The notes: generated by a model from the sequence alone, not told the origin. Positions 1 to 13,550 are shown, counted from the stretch's first letter. The stretch is 64,000 nucleotides of DNA from the human T2T-CHM13v2.0 reference genome, Homo sapiens (GCF_009914755.1 NC_060927.1), one strand, 5' to 3'. Numbers and translations: made by a program.

Positions 1-2621
1 TGTCCTTTTCTGTTTGAAAACTGGAAGGTGCTCTAGTTTCTGAGGCAGCTTCTGGTTTTTCTGCTTGCTATTCCCCCACCTACACCATCCTGCGGCCACT
101 TGGTACCCCATCTCCAGGTTGATTTTAACCTAAAACACAGATCCTGGCAGACGAGAAGACCTAACTCCTAGTGCCAATTTTTGTGTATAAGTGTGTTATT
201 CCATTTTCCAGCTCAATAAAAAGGAATATCATTTCTGCCCATCTTGGCTTTCCGAGGCTGAAGTGTAACTTAAACAAAAACCACAAAGGCAGTATCACAT
301 GGAAAACTGGAACAGGAGTCAAAAACCTGGATTCTAGTTTGGATACCGCCAGCTATGAGACTGCTGGCCAGTTAGCCTTTCTGAGCCCCAAGTTCCTCTG
401 GAAAGTTGCACAGCTCCAAGTGTACAGGTGTTTATACAGTGATGTGTAACCCTTTGAGCACCATGCACGTCTAAGGTGTGCTAACAAAGGACTTTGCTCT
501 CCAGCACTTCTGACTTTGAAAACATTGAGATCCCGACCGAAGAGGACGTGGAAGATTCTGTGCTTTGGCCAGCAATTCACTTTTCAGGGGGTGTGGCGGG
601 AATGGCCTGGGCAGATTTCCTTCTGAGACTCAACTGGAGTGTCCACTCCTGGCTCTGGGAAGTTTGAGCGGCCAGAGCTGGTACTTTTTTCCTTCCTCAA
701 ACCTACAGTTCCCTGGCCCGCCTTTCATGTCCTCAGATCTGAAGAGCCAGCCTACTCCCCGCACCCCACTCCCCGCCAACTACCACATCAGCTACTCTGG
801 CCTCCTTATCCTAGAGCTTCAAAATAACCCGGCCAGACGGATTGAAGGAAACTTTTACACCCCCAGCCAGGTGACCAACCTCCTGGCATCCCCAGTGTGT
901 GTCCACTGATGCCTGGTTCCGCATTTTATAAAAAGAATTTTTTCATGAAAAGAACCCTTTGGATGAAAAGAAAGTGAAGCATCACATTCCTGTCGTTTTA
1001 TTTTTGCAAAATATTTTCTTTGTAATATATCTGAAGGGTGTGGCTTGAAGACTTCCTGCCTGGCTTTGTTCTGACTCTCCATGCAGACCGATTTATATTC
1101 CGCCACCAAGAGAAGGGAGCTGAGCTTAGTGGCTGCTTCCCTCTCCTGGGAGAATTTTAAGAAGATCGTCCACAGCAGATTCACATCTATTATGCTTTTT
1201 GTTCCTTGCAATTGCCCTGTGAAGTAAGTAGGGTAGAGTTTCTCACCCTCCTGGGGGAAACATGTTCAGGGAGGTCAAGGTCATACAGCTAATAAAAAGA
1301 GCAAGTCTTGATGGTGGTGCTTTGAGAGACCAAACTTAGCATGTGCTGTAGAGGAAGTCTACTCGTATGGCTCAAGTACTTTCTTAACAAGGGTCAGGCT
1401 CAGGCCCTCTTTTGCTGCACATCTGTTTTAGGAGGAGAATTTCTTCAACAACTTTTCAAATCTCTTGACTATTGGGATAATTACTTGGCCTCACCCACGC
1501 CCTTTCTCAATGACTCAAGAGCCCAGCCAGAGCAACCAAGAAAGGAAGTCCAATTACATGAGTTGGAAATGTCTGAACTGGTTTCTCAGGTCAACATAGT
1601 CACTCAGCACGCCCTGTCATGCATGTTCCATCGCACCCTCACCCTAGACTGGGGGCCTAACCCGTTTCGTTTACGTTGTACACTAATGAGATTACAAGGT
1701 ACCATTGACCCAGAAGTTCCTCTAAGAGCCTGCTATTGAAGAAGCAAAGACCATCACCCCCCAACCCCACCCCCATGCTGTCAAAGTTCACTCAGCGTGA
1801 GTTCCTAGTCAGTTCAATTTCACACAATTTGATTAACACAAGGCATTGCAGTGATTATTATGGAGGACTAACGAACAATGTAAGATTGGTTCCCATGCTT
1901 AAGGCTTAAGAAGCATAAGAAGGAGGCAGGTATAAATAAATGCCCATGTTACACAGCAAACTTTAAAACCTGCTCTAACAGTCATGGTGAGGGACTGATT
2001 AATCCTGCCTGGAGCCATTTATTCATTCTGTGGATATTTATGCACCCACTCAGGCACTGGGCTCACAATAATAGTAGCTACTACTTAGCAGTCTTTCCTG
2101 TGTAACTGGCTCTGTGCTGAGCTCCCAACAACATCATCACATAGGTACTATTCGCGTTATTCCCACTTTATAGATGAGAAAACTGGAGCACAGTGAGGTT
2201 AAGTGACTTTCCCAGGACTGTGTATTCTTAGGTAGCCTGTCTCCCAGGGAGCCTATGAGTGTGGTCATTGATTCACTGGGCAGCAGTGTGTGGGTTGGAT
2301 GAACTAATAGGATGTGGGCAGTCTTAGAGAAGGCAGAGGGTGAGGAGAGAGCATGAACAAAAGCCCTGAGGTGGGAGGTGCCTGGCACATGCTGAGCAGG
2401 TATATGGTCTGAGTACCTGGGGTTAGTTATGTAGGAAGAGCTGTAGGAGATAAAGCCTGGCAGATGGGTTGAGACCAGACAGACAACAAAGGCATGGAAG
2501 GACCTGCTAGGAAGCCAGGACTTGATCCATGGACTCCAAGGAACAGCAGTAGGTTTTAAGCAGTCCATATGATTCGTCCTGTGCTTTAGGAAGGTAACCA
2601 GCATCTATGCAAACACTGGTG

Positions 2622-2623
<2 letters not shown>

Positions 2624-2659
<36 letters not shown>

Positions 2660-2938
2660 AGACAGGGTCTTTCTCTGTCATCCAGGCTAGAGTGCAGTGG
2701 CATGATCTCGGCTCACTGCAGCACTAACCTCCCAGGCTCAAGTGACCCTCCCACCCTCAGCCTCCTGAATATCTGGGACTACAGGCACGTGCCACCATGG
2801 CCAGCTAATTTTTAAATTTTTTTAGAAGTGGGTTCTCCCGATGTTGTTCAGGCTGGTCTTGAATTCCTGGCCTCCAGTGATCCTCGTGCCTCAGCCTCCC
2901 AAAGTGCTGGGATTATAGGCATGAGCCATGGCACTGGG
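2624..2938 (-). mobile_element. AluJ with long poly(A) tail
   Basis: Alu dimer sequence, poly(T) run 2624-2658. Confidence 0.9.
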
Positions 2939-3394
2939 TCCTCAGAACAAATGTTAATCTGTTACATAGCTCCGAAGACTCTGGGAAGTTTAGGGGATTG
3001 GGGCATAATCAGGGCATAATCAGGGCCAAATCATTAAGGGATAAGACTCCAAAACACTCATACATAAAGGCATTATCCAAAGTCAAGGTCATGGCTAGGT
3101 TGGAAATGTGATTTATAAAGAAGAAGCTGTAACTCCACCACTGCATCCTCCTCAGCCCCCCACCTCCAGTCCCTTCCTAACTGACTCCTAGGCTGCCAGG
3201 AGCAGCTGGAGACCAGTGCATACACAGCAACGCACCCCCATTTTGGTCCTTTGCAACCAACTATCTTGTGAGATGGGTGATAGATGCTTTCATTATTCTG
3301 TTAAAAGCCATATTTTCATCCTTTTTATTTTTGACAGCACACTAAATGTTCTCTAACCAAAATATTGAGGGGTAAAGGGGGATATTTGGACTAG

Positions 3395-3740
3395 AAATAT
3401 CCATAAAACAATCAATGTACTTGACACATGGACACATATAGAGACCTGTACCCCCAAATTAATGATTATACATTTTTTGGAAAACCATATGGAATTTTTT
3501 TACAAAAATTGACCATGTGTGCTACTTACAAAGCAAACCTCAACAAAAAACAAGGAATCAGTATCATACAGACCAAGTCCTCCAAGCACAATGCAATTAA
3601 GTTAGAAATCATCAACAAAAATATCCTTTTTAAAAATCTCACATCTTTGGAAATGTAAAAACATACTCATTACAACTGGGTAAAAGAAAAAAATCATAGT
3701 TGAAGAAAAACACTTAGAACTAAATGATAACGAAAATACT
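3395..3740 (+). mobile_element. Old L1 ORF2 endonuclease fragment
   Basis: ORF 3428: DTYRDLYP..YTFF..SKHNAIKLEI resembles L1 EN DIYRTLHP..YTFFS..SDHNAIKLEI. Confidence 0.8.
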
Positions 3741-3853
3741 TGGGAGTAAGGAACTAGTTGAAAGAGACAAGTCTATCGCTGCTTGGGATTATGTTGCATT
3801 TACATTTTTTAAAATTACAGCTTGTCTTATGCTCATTTAGAAATGAGCAGAGG

Positions 3854-4154
3854 AGGCTGTGTGTGGTGGCTCATACCTGTAATCCCAGCACATTGGGCGG
3901 GCACAGGTGGGAGGATTACTTGAGGCCCAGAGTTCAAGACCAGCTGGGCAACATGGCGAGACCCCATCTCTATAAAGAATAGAAAAAATTAGTTGGATGT
4001 GGCTGTGTTCACCTGTAGTCGCAGCTCCTCAGGGAGTCTGGGGCAGGAGGATCACATGAGCCTAGGAACTTGCAGCTGCAGTGAGTGGTGATCATGCCAC
4101 TGCACTCCAGCATGAGCAACAGCGTGAGACCCTGTCAAAAAAAAAAAAAAAAAA
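3854..4154 (+). mobile_element. AluJ
   Basis: Alu dimer, A tail, GAGCAGAGG flanking repeat. Confidence 0.9.
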
Positions 4155-4834
4155 GAGCAGAGGTAGGAATATTTTCTAAAACTTTAGAAATTCGAGTCCA
4201 GTTTGGCCAGATTGAAAACACGAAGGGTTAAACCTTCAAACCCTACTATTATACCTAAATTCTTAAAAATTGTTTTTCTTATATCTTTATTTTATTGCTA
4301 GATCTCATCATCTAAAATTCCTTTCCTGCCTACTCTGAATACAGGTTCATATGAAACAAGTGTAAAAGGAATAGAAAAAGGAAAAATATAGAAATATATT
4401 CTGGGCAGCTGTCAGTTGGGTTTAGGGTATTTGGTTTATGTTTATTTGAGCGTTTTTATTCCTTCAGTGTTCTCAATACGTAGTTTTGAGCTCTGTTTTG
4501 TGACTGTGATAAGGAATTTGGGAAAAATGGGAGTGGAGGTCTTTTTCTTCTGGAGTCAGTTAACAACTCATTTTCTAGACAGAATTTCACCCTCACTCTT
4601 AAGTCTTAGAGTCAGTCAGACATTGGCTGACAAGGAAAATAGACGCCAAGATTTCCTCAAAGCTCAGCTTATGGTAGTCAGTGCTGGTTAATATTACCTG
4701 TAACTCTTTCCTCTTACCTGACTGCCCTGCCATTTTGAAGAAAAAACGATAAAATTATTGGATTTCTCTCCAGAAGGAAACTAAGTTGCTGATGGATCAC
4801 ATTGTGGTGGTTCTTGTTCTCGCCTGGGAGGAAG

Positions 4835-4863
4835 CGCTGCCACCTGCTGCCCTCTGCTGGTCA
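4835..4863 (-). promoter_or_regulatory. CTCF motif (TGACCAGCAGAGGGCAGCA) with an overlapping second motif
   Basis: Reverse complement of 4845-4863 matches the CTCF core consensus CCASYAGRKGGCRS. Confidence 0.7.
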
Positions 4864-5029
4864 AATAAAACCAGCTTTAGGAACCTGTAGTTCTTTCCCA
4901 CGGTGTCTACACCAGCCCTGTCCTCCCGGACTTGGCCCAGCATTCTCTTGTGCTGTTTCACAGAGAGAGAACATGTGCATTTTATGTGAACAATGTCATC
5001 TTTCCTCCACGACCACTATTTCGTCTATG

Positions 5030-5328
5030 TTTTCTTTTTTTTATTTTTTTGAAACAGGGTCTCACTCTGTTGCCCAGGCAACAGTTGCCCAGTACAGTGG
5101 CACTTTCTTGGCTTGCCACAGCCTCAACTTCCTGGACTCAGGCAATCCTCCCACCTCAGCTTCCCGAGTAGCTGTGCACCACCACACCTAGCTCATTTGT
5201 TTTTATTTTTTAGTAAAGATGAGGTCTCATTATGTTGCCCAGGCTGGTCTTGAACTAAGCTCAAGTGATCCTCCTGCCTCAGCCTCCCAAAGTACTGGGA
5301 TTACAGGCGTGAGCAACCATACCCAGCC
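5030..5328 (-). mobile_element. AluJ
   Basis: Alu sequence; flanking repeat CACRACCACTATTT. Confidence 0.88.
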
Positions 5329-6950
5329 CACAACCACTATTTTGGATTCCAGCTCTCTCCTCCTTCCCATCTATCATTTTACATTGACTCCAACCTGTTT
5401 CTAAGGAAGGAAAACATTATATTTCAAGAAAAATGTGCAGCTTATATAAAGCCCTCAGGATCCTGCACACACCAGCAATGACCACTAGACAAGGTGGTCA
5501 GGAAGCCTAATTTCTAGTCTACTAATTGGGTGACTTCAGTTAATTTCATTCAACAAATATTTGATTTTTCTGCTATGTGCAAGACTCATAGCAAAAAAAA
5601 ATATGACTGATGGTTCATAGCAAAAAAAATTTATGACTGATGGTGCATAAAACACGGGAAAGGGTTACTACCTTCAAAAGGTTCACAAGTCTGGTAGGGC
5701 AAATACAGTTCAGTAAGACGTTATGGTACTTAGCAGTTCATGGTCAGAGACTTAGAGGTACCTACAGCCCCTAGAAGAGTGCAGAGGAGGAAGATCACTA
5801 TTGGCTACATCTCAGACATTGACTGACTGATTAGATTCCTGAGCAAGTTCATGGCAGGACATTTTCTCAGCTCTCCTCCCCAAAATTAGGATCCCACCAC
5901 TTAAGCTTTTCATTGATTTGACAAATATCAACAGAGCACATATGTGCCAGGTATCATGCTAAGCTTGGAGGCAATACTAGCGAACAATATGGCCCATTAG
6001 AATTCAAAAAAAGAGAAAATAAAAAATTTAAGAATATAAATAAAAAGTAATAATAAATAAAACAATATGGTCCTTGTCCTCATGGGCCCTGCAGTCCATA
6101 GGGAGCCACAGACAAATATATCGGTAATTAGTCTACTGTGTGAGAAGGGTGTTCTCCTCCAGTTCGTACTCTGATTTGCTTCAAAGAAGAAAGAGAAAAA
6201 ATGAGGGAGGAATCTTCTATGACCGTAGTCCAGAGTCAAAGTTAGAAAAAAAACATTAGTGTGGACCTTGCCCAGGCTCTTGGTCCTTGCTGGAGGATTT
6301 TAAATTAAAGGACTGAGTAGAGATAGGATAGATAGAGAGGTGGAGAGCAAAGATAAGCAGGTAGGCCTTTGATGTCAATGACAAAGTTTCACAATGCTTT
6401 TCCTAAGACCCTCCCACTTTGCTGAATGCTATGATGGAACGAGCACTGGAATAAAATTCAAGAGCTCTCGGAGCCAGTCCTCTGTCACTGTGATCTTAAC
6501 ACTTCACTTCCCTATCTCACCTAGGAAATGGGGATACATAACATTTGCTCTGCACTTCCTCCAGGGTTTTGGAGGAGCACATGAAGGAGTTTGTGAGTAG
6601 CTTATGCGAACTTCAAGTAATCCGCCCGCCTGGGCCTCCCAAAGTGCTGGGATTACAGGTGTGAGCCACCATGCCCAAACAAAAGCAAATATTCCTAATT
6701 TGAGTGTAGTCCTTAGCAGAGACACTGGAAAGAAAGATTGCGAATAAGACTTAATTACTGGTTCATAAGTTCTTGGAAGGTCTGAAATGAAGTCAAAGGT
6801 CAAATATGTATTCACCAACATTTATTAAATACCCTTTATGTGACAGACCCTTGGGCTAGGGCCCTGAGGTACAAAGGTGAGTGACAAATACTTCCTGTCT
6901 TTGAAGAGCTTATAGTCTAATAGGTTCGACCGTGCTGTATTTTTCCTTCA

Positions 6951-7280
<330 letters not shown>

Positions 7281-7879
7281 AAAGCGAAACATGCTGATTG
7301 CAGAATATTTGGGAAGCCCACATAAGAAAAGAAAGGAAACAACAGTCACCCCAAATCAAGATGCTTTATAAATCCCAAGGGTAGAGCCTATGTCTTAGTA
7401 TTTCTCTACCCACAAAACTGTACTTAGAGAGTATGACAAGGTCAGTTAATGTTTTTTGAATGGGGACAAAGCCACCCTTAAACCTACCACCCTGAGATAA
7501 CCACTGTTAACATTTAGAAAATATTCTTAGCCTTCTTTTCTTTGACTGTCAAATGACTGACTGGGATGCCATTCTCCCTGCCTTATCCAAACCAGGAAGA
7601 GAAATGTTTGGCCTCTTTAGTGCCCCCCTACAGGTGATGCAGTGCTGCTCGTGGTTGATTTAATAGTTTGAGTGGAGCAACCCTTTACATCCTTCCCCAT
7701 GCCATGCCTCGAAACCTTTTCACACAGAGAACTCTTTTAGGTGTGGGAAATGCAGTAGGTTCTACCAGATGTTCTCATCCACTCCCCCATCCCACCCCAG
7801 AAAAGCCTCCGGGGCAGGAAGTTGGTTTATCCAAGATCAGTTCCCTGGAATAGAGGGGGACTTTCATCAGGTTCATTAA

Positions 7880-8035
7880 ACAAGGCTGCATGTTGATTCG
7901 CTTTAGAGAGTTAAAAAAAATCCCAATGCCCAGGCCCCACCTCACACCAATTAAAACAGAATCTCTAGGCATGAGGCCCAGGCATTAGCCTCTCGTGTTT
8001 TTAAGGCTGCCCAGGTCAGGCGTTGAGAACCACTG
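7880..8035. mobile_element. MER5A/B DNA transposon
   Basis: cccaggccccacc...cagaatctct...gagaaccactg terminus. Confidence 0.7.
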
Positions 8036-9629
8036 ATTTAAAGATAGGCTAAGCAGAGGTGTAAGTGGTCTTTTGAGACTAGCAGAGGGCATTGCAATGG
8101 CCAGAGTTGGGGCACTCAGCCCAGAACTTGGCTTCACAAGGGTTTTCTGCAGCCCACTTTTTAGAAAACCTGGGTGGTATAAGCAGGCACTTGATTTGCA
8201 AAGGGGAACGCAAAGAAGGAAATAATGTCTTTCTTCCAAAGGGTTTATATGGATTCCTCTATAAGGGAAGAACACACAGAAACCATGCATGTTCACAAAG
8301 ATATGCATACATACAGGGAAATAAGTGCAGAGGCCCCAGTTGGGCTATTTTGTAAGGCTTGTGAGTTTTCTGGCTTCATGATAAAGGAAAGAAGAATTTT
8401 GCCAAATAAGCTATTAAAGGTAAGCCACTTTAATAACAGTCTGCTTAGCAGAAGGAAGATGATTAAAATGAGATCATCTTTATTTAAATAGGTATTGAGT
8501 ACCTGTTATTTGCCGGGCATTGTGCTAAGCACTTGATGTACAAGATTTTATTTAATCTTTGTGATAACACTTTACACTAGGTATTATTTATCCCCATATT
8601 ATAGTGGAACATCAGTTATTACGTAATTAACATACAATCACATTAAACAAAACAGATGACCTCAGCCTATCTCCAAAGTCCGTGCTTTTTTAAAACAATG
8701 CCAGGCTGTACAATCTGGACATGGATGATTAGTGGTAATACAAAAGATGGGGGGAAAAGTGACCATCTCCTCAAGAAGATGTAGCTTTCCAGAATGGCTA
8801 GTTGGCTAAAATGTTTTCCCTACTGTGAAATCTCCAGGGTGTCCTGAGGCAGGCAGCATGGTATATACCAAGAGCCCTATCAGTTCCTCCCTTGAACCAG
8901 CCTTGTGACCAGAGTTAGTCGGCTTAGTCACTTAGTATTCATTTTCTCACCTATGAAGTGGAAAGGGTTGGAATGGTTGGGTCAGTGGCTTCAAGTTGCC
9001 CCATGCAGGCCTGGGCTATAGGAGATCATGCTTGAGAAAGAAGAGACAGACGACTTCTCTTATTCCCCTTCATCCAGAGAAGCTCTGTTGTTTAGCTGCT
9101 TGAAGAGTCGTTTCCCCTGCGTGGGGATGAGTAAAGGGTAAAGGGAGGACATTTGGAAGGAATCCACTGTATTAGTGAATTTCAATGACCCTTCCAGTTT
9201 GATAGGTCTCAGGTCCTCTATTTTTGAGTTTATGATGCTAGGAAGAATCAGTGCCACCACACTGCTTGTGTGCATAATGACCAAGAGAGTGGGTTTTCTG
9301 CCTGTGAAGGGAAGAAAAGCAACTGAGAAGAGGGAGGACAGAAAGACCTCTGCTAGCAGAGCTCCAAGTTACAATAAACCTGCCTGGGGCCGCACGCTGC
9401 CAGGCAGGAATGTGAACAACTGAATTAGACAGAGTAAACCAAGTGCCAATTGTTGCTAAAGAGAGGTTTTACTAATGTGACAGTAATACAGTCACAACAC
9501 AGTGGGAAGTTGGGCTCCAGGCCTCATCTCCCTAAATTGTACTTTCTTTTTACTCAATACGGTGAAGTCCCTTGTTCTCTTTTAGTAGTTTAGGATTCAA
9601 GCAATTTTCTGTGTCTTTTTGTTTTTCAG

Positions 9630-9657
9630 ATCTTAAATCCAAATTTCATCCAAGAAG
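9630..9657 (+). CDS. KALRN: Kalirin 28-nt coding microexon (ILNPNFIQE)
   Basis: Acceptor tgtttttcag|ATC and donor GAAG|gtgagt. Phase 0 to 1, joining in frame to the next exon (V-APEF). Confidence 0.9.
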
Positions 9658-10157
9658 GTGAGTTAAAAAGCATTAGAATTGGAAACATGGGGATTGGTTA
9701 AATAAATTATAGTTAATCCAGCACTAAAGCACTGGCTGTAAGCAATGGTGATATAGTTCTGTATCAATGGACAAGGAAAGAGGTTTATGATAAATTATTA
9801 GATGAAAAAGACTAAAGCTTGCGATATGTATAATGGGATCCAAGTTTTATAAGAAGTCTGTTTATATAAAGCCCAAAAGGGTATATACCAGAATGCCTAC
9901 AGTAATTATCTCTGGATTATGACATTATGGAGCTTTTCTTTCTTTCTGTTTATATTTCCTATTTTTTTCTATAATAAACAGTTATCTCTTTTAAACACTT
10001 TTTAAAGAGACCCAGATGACTCACCAGTGTTATACTGAAGGTTATTTGAATCATTACATGACATGGGTGGGAAATGAGAGAGGTGTGTTAAAACAAAATG
10101 GCCATTTTATTCTAAATTTGCTCTGAATGATGTTAATGTATGTTGATTTGATCACAG

Positions 10158-10329
10158 TGGCCCCAGAATTCCTTGTGCCCTTGGTGGATGTGACCTGCTT
10201 GCTTGGGGACACAGTGATACTGCAGTGCAAAGTCTGTGGGCGGCCAAAGCCCACCATCACTTGGAAGGGTCCAGACCAGAACATCCTTGACACTGATAAC
10301 AGCTCAGCCACATACACGGTCTCCTCTTG
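10158..10329 (+). CDS. KALRN: Kalirin exon, Ig domain N-half (VAPEFLVPLVDVTCLLGDTVILQCKV...TVSS)
   Basis: cacag|TG ... TG|gtaagc; Ig I-set pattern; lies within ORF 10127..10333. Confidence 0.96.
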
Positions 10330-11959
10330 GTAAGCCGATTGCCCTAACATCAGCAACAGCAGCCCCTTGCTTGACACAGCACGGAGAGGCTGAATCAGGG
10401 GTGCAACTTCTGCTCTGGTGACTGGGCTCTGCAAGAGAATAGCTGCCCTGGAGCCTGTTCTTGGGCAAACACTTGGACTTGATTAGAGAGAGACTGAGGA
10501 GACTCAAGTGTTAGTCAGAGCCTCTGCCACTCACGCTGCAGCCTGATGGACACCTGCAGCAGCACCAGCACACATTTCCCACGGTGCTCAGCACCACGTA
10601 GACATACCTGGGATCAACAGAATGGTTTGTAAAGACTGTGCTCCAGACCCACATTAAACAAATAGGGAAAAACATAAACCTTTATATCTCAAGTCAAGCA
10701 TGCACCATACTTATGAAGAGTTTTTACAGTCACTGCCTTACATTCACCCTGGTAGATGATCTTTCCCTACAGATCCCCAAGTGAATCTCTAAGTCAGAAG
10801 ATTTAGACTTCTGATTTAAGTGGCGAAGGCTCCAGACCTGTAGTAAAAATGTAATCCTCACATCTGGACATCCTGACATTTTTTGTGCCTTTCAGGTTGC
10901 TGTGAAACAGTGAGATGTTTAATTCCTCACCTAAGAACAGTGTTATTAGAAAAAGAAACGACTAATTCTAAAATGTGCAATAGAAAATCAAGCCGCAAGG
11001 ATGCTTCTACACACAGAGTCCATTTAACAAAACTTAGCTGACTGCCTCCCAATCATTGTGTCAGCATTTATTGTTACTAACTATGAATTGGACTGTGTAC
11101 TGTTGCTTACAGTGGACAAGTGGTAGCAAGCCCTAGATGCTTGAGAAACATTAGTGGAAGAAGCACCTAGAATCAAGAAACTTTCATTCATTGACTTAAT
11201 TTGTGTGTATGGGAAAAAGAAGAAGACCATCATTCCTTGGTATTCCCAGCAGAGACCATAAAGAGGCCAGGTCATAAAATATCAGTGGGTCCAAGAAGCC
11301 TAGTGTGAGACGCAGTGGTTGGTGAGGATCATGAAAAGCGCCAGGGGATATCATAACCCTAGGGAAGGGGCAGAGCTGACTGTGACTTCTGTATTTCAGA
11401 GCAGTTCTCCCCTGGGGATATTCCTGGACCTTGTATTGGGGTGAATGGGGAAGTTATCATTTAGGTGATGGAATTTACTCTTTCTTAGAAATTCACTTAA
11501 TTATTTTGAGGATCCCACATCTAGAATTTGAAATACTTAAAATATTTTTATTCTTGAGTCTTTCCTTTTTTTTTTTCCATCATTCATTATCGATCTGTGA
11601 AACTGAAAATATTCTAGGACAAAGTTGCTAGTGGTAATAATACTAATAATACTATGAGCCAGAACTTGCATACAACTTTATATATTTCAAACAATGCTCT
11701 AATTCTTATGTCATTTTATTCCTTATTTTATCCCTCATGTACAACAAACTTGAGAGATGGGCATGGCCAGAAAATTTTTTTCCATATAAGGAACTGGGGA
11801 TGTAGAGAAACAGGGTGGTAGGTAGCTCACAGACCAGGGACTGACCTCGGGCCTGAGGACTCTCAGCTCAGCACACCATGGGCCAACCCTATGGGATTTT
11901 ACCCAGCAGTCAAGTGTCTCATTACTGGAGTCTGAAGAGCATCCTTTTGGTGTCCCTAG

Positions 11960-12081
11960 TGATTCTGGAGAAATCACCCTGAAGATCTGTAATCTGATGC
12001 CCCAAGACAGTGGGATTTATACCTGCATAGCAACAAATGACCACGGGACCACATCAACGTCTGCAACAGTCAAAGTGCAAG
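11960..12081 (+). CDS. KALRN: Kalirin exon, Ig domain C-half (DSGEITLKICNLMPQDSGIYTCIATNDHGTTSTSATVKVQ)
   Basis: ccctag|T ... CAAG|gtacag; DSGxYxC Ig motif; phases consistent (2 to 1). Confidence 0.96.
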
Positions 12082-12127
12082 GTACAGCCTCTTTGTTAGT
12101 CAAACCTTTTGAAATATATATATATTT

Positions 12128-13022
12128 TTAGACAGGTTCTTGCTCTGCTGCCCAGGCATGATCTCTGTTCATGGCAGCCTTGACCTCCCAGGCTCAAGCA
12201 CTCCAACCACCTCAGCCTCCCGATTAGCTGGACATGCACCACCATGCCTCGCTAATTTTTTTTGCATTTTTTGTAGAGATGGGATTTTGCTGTGTTTTCT
12301 ACAATACTTTTTAAAACATTTATTTTTTAAATTTCAGTAAAACACACAATAAAATTTACCATCTTAACCATTTTTTAAAAAATTCAAATAGAGACAGGGT
12401 CTCGCTATGTTGCCCAGGCTGGTCTCAAACTCCAAGGCTAACGCAATCCTCCCGTCTTGGCCTCCCAAAGTGCTGGGATTGCAGGCATGAGCCACTGTGC
12501 CCATCCCATCTGAACCATCTTAAATGTACAGCTTAAAAATAAATAAATAAGTGTACAGTTCAGTGGCATTAAGTACATCCACATTTTTGGGTTACCATCA
12601 CCACCATCCATCCACAGAACTTTTTCATCTTCCCATCTTTCTGAAACTGCATCTGTACCTGTTGAACAATGACTCCCCATTCCCTCCTCCCCAGTGCTTC
12701 TTGGCCACCACTGCTCTACTTTCTGTCTCTATCAATTTGTGTTACTCAAACTTTATTTTTTCTTGAGACAGGGTCTTGCTCTGTCGCTCAGGCTGGAGTG
12801 CAGTAGCATGACACCACTCACTGCAGCCTCAACCTCCCAGGCTCAAGCTATCCTCCCACCTCAGCCTTCCAACTAGCTAGGACTATAGGCATGTGCCACC
12901 ATGCCCAGCTCATTTTTTAAACTTTTTGTAGTGATGGAGCCTCGAACTCCTGGGCTCAAGTGATCCTCCTGCCTTGGCATCCCAAAGTGCTAGGATTATA
13001 GGCGTCAGCCAGCACACCTGGC
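12128..13022 (-). mobile_element. Cluster: Alu fragment, L1MB-like 3' end interrupted by a FLAM, and an AluJ
   Basis: aaaatttaccatcttaaccatt...gtgtacagttcagtggcattaagtacat...ccatcaccaccatccat (L1M 3'UTR, antisense) plus Alu arms. Confidence 0.8.
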
Positions 13023-13418
13023 ACTACGTTTTAAGTGAACATTATAAGGGCTCCCTGCGACCTGGGGGAGAAAATGTCCATTGTAAAAATTCAAAAATAA
13101 AGTTCTGGCAAATGAGACGAGAACGAATCTTTGCTAAGAGCTGTCTGTGGCCTACCATAAACCTACCATCAACATGTTAGTTCCCTGGCCAAGCTTTATC
13201 TTCAGGGTGCAGTATTTAGCCCAAGGAAGAACTTCAGACAGCATGGTGTGTCTCCCACATCTGCCTTGGGCCTGGAGAAAGGTATGCCACTTGGTGGAGA
13301 AGGTCACAGGAAAAAATTGTGACATCGGTTAGGTAATGTTTCCTAGATGACTTATACCTTGGTGTAAAATGCCAAGTTCTGCAGAAATAGCACCTGATCC
13401 TGATTTCTGTCTCCATAG

Positions 13419-13550
13419 GTGTTCCAGCAGCCCCTAACCGCCCCATTGCCCAGGAGAGAAGCTGCACCTCCGTGATTCTCCGCTGGCTGCCCCCCTCCAG
13501 CACAGGAAACTGCACTATTTCTGGTTACACTGTGGAGTACAGAGAGGAAG
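13419..13550 (+). CDS. KALRN: Kalirin exon, FN3 N-half (GVPAAPNRPIAQERSCTSVILRWLPP...YREE)
   Basis: ccatag|GT ... GAAG|gtgcac; FN3 W-x-P-P and GY-x-V-E-Y motifs; 132 nt, phase 1-1. Confidence 0.95.

Noticed and set aside
2137-2604. 155-aa minus-strand ORF
   Set aside because: Overlaps MIR/L2-like remnants; no domain or splice support
7619-7637. Second CTCF-like site
   Set aside because: An extra G in the core breaks the motif spacing
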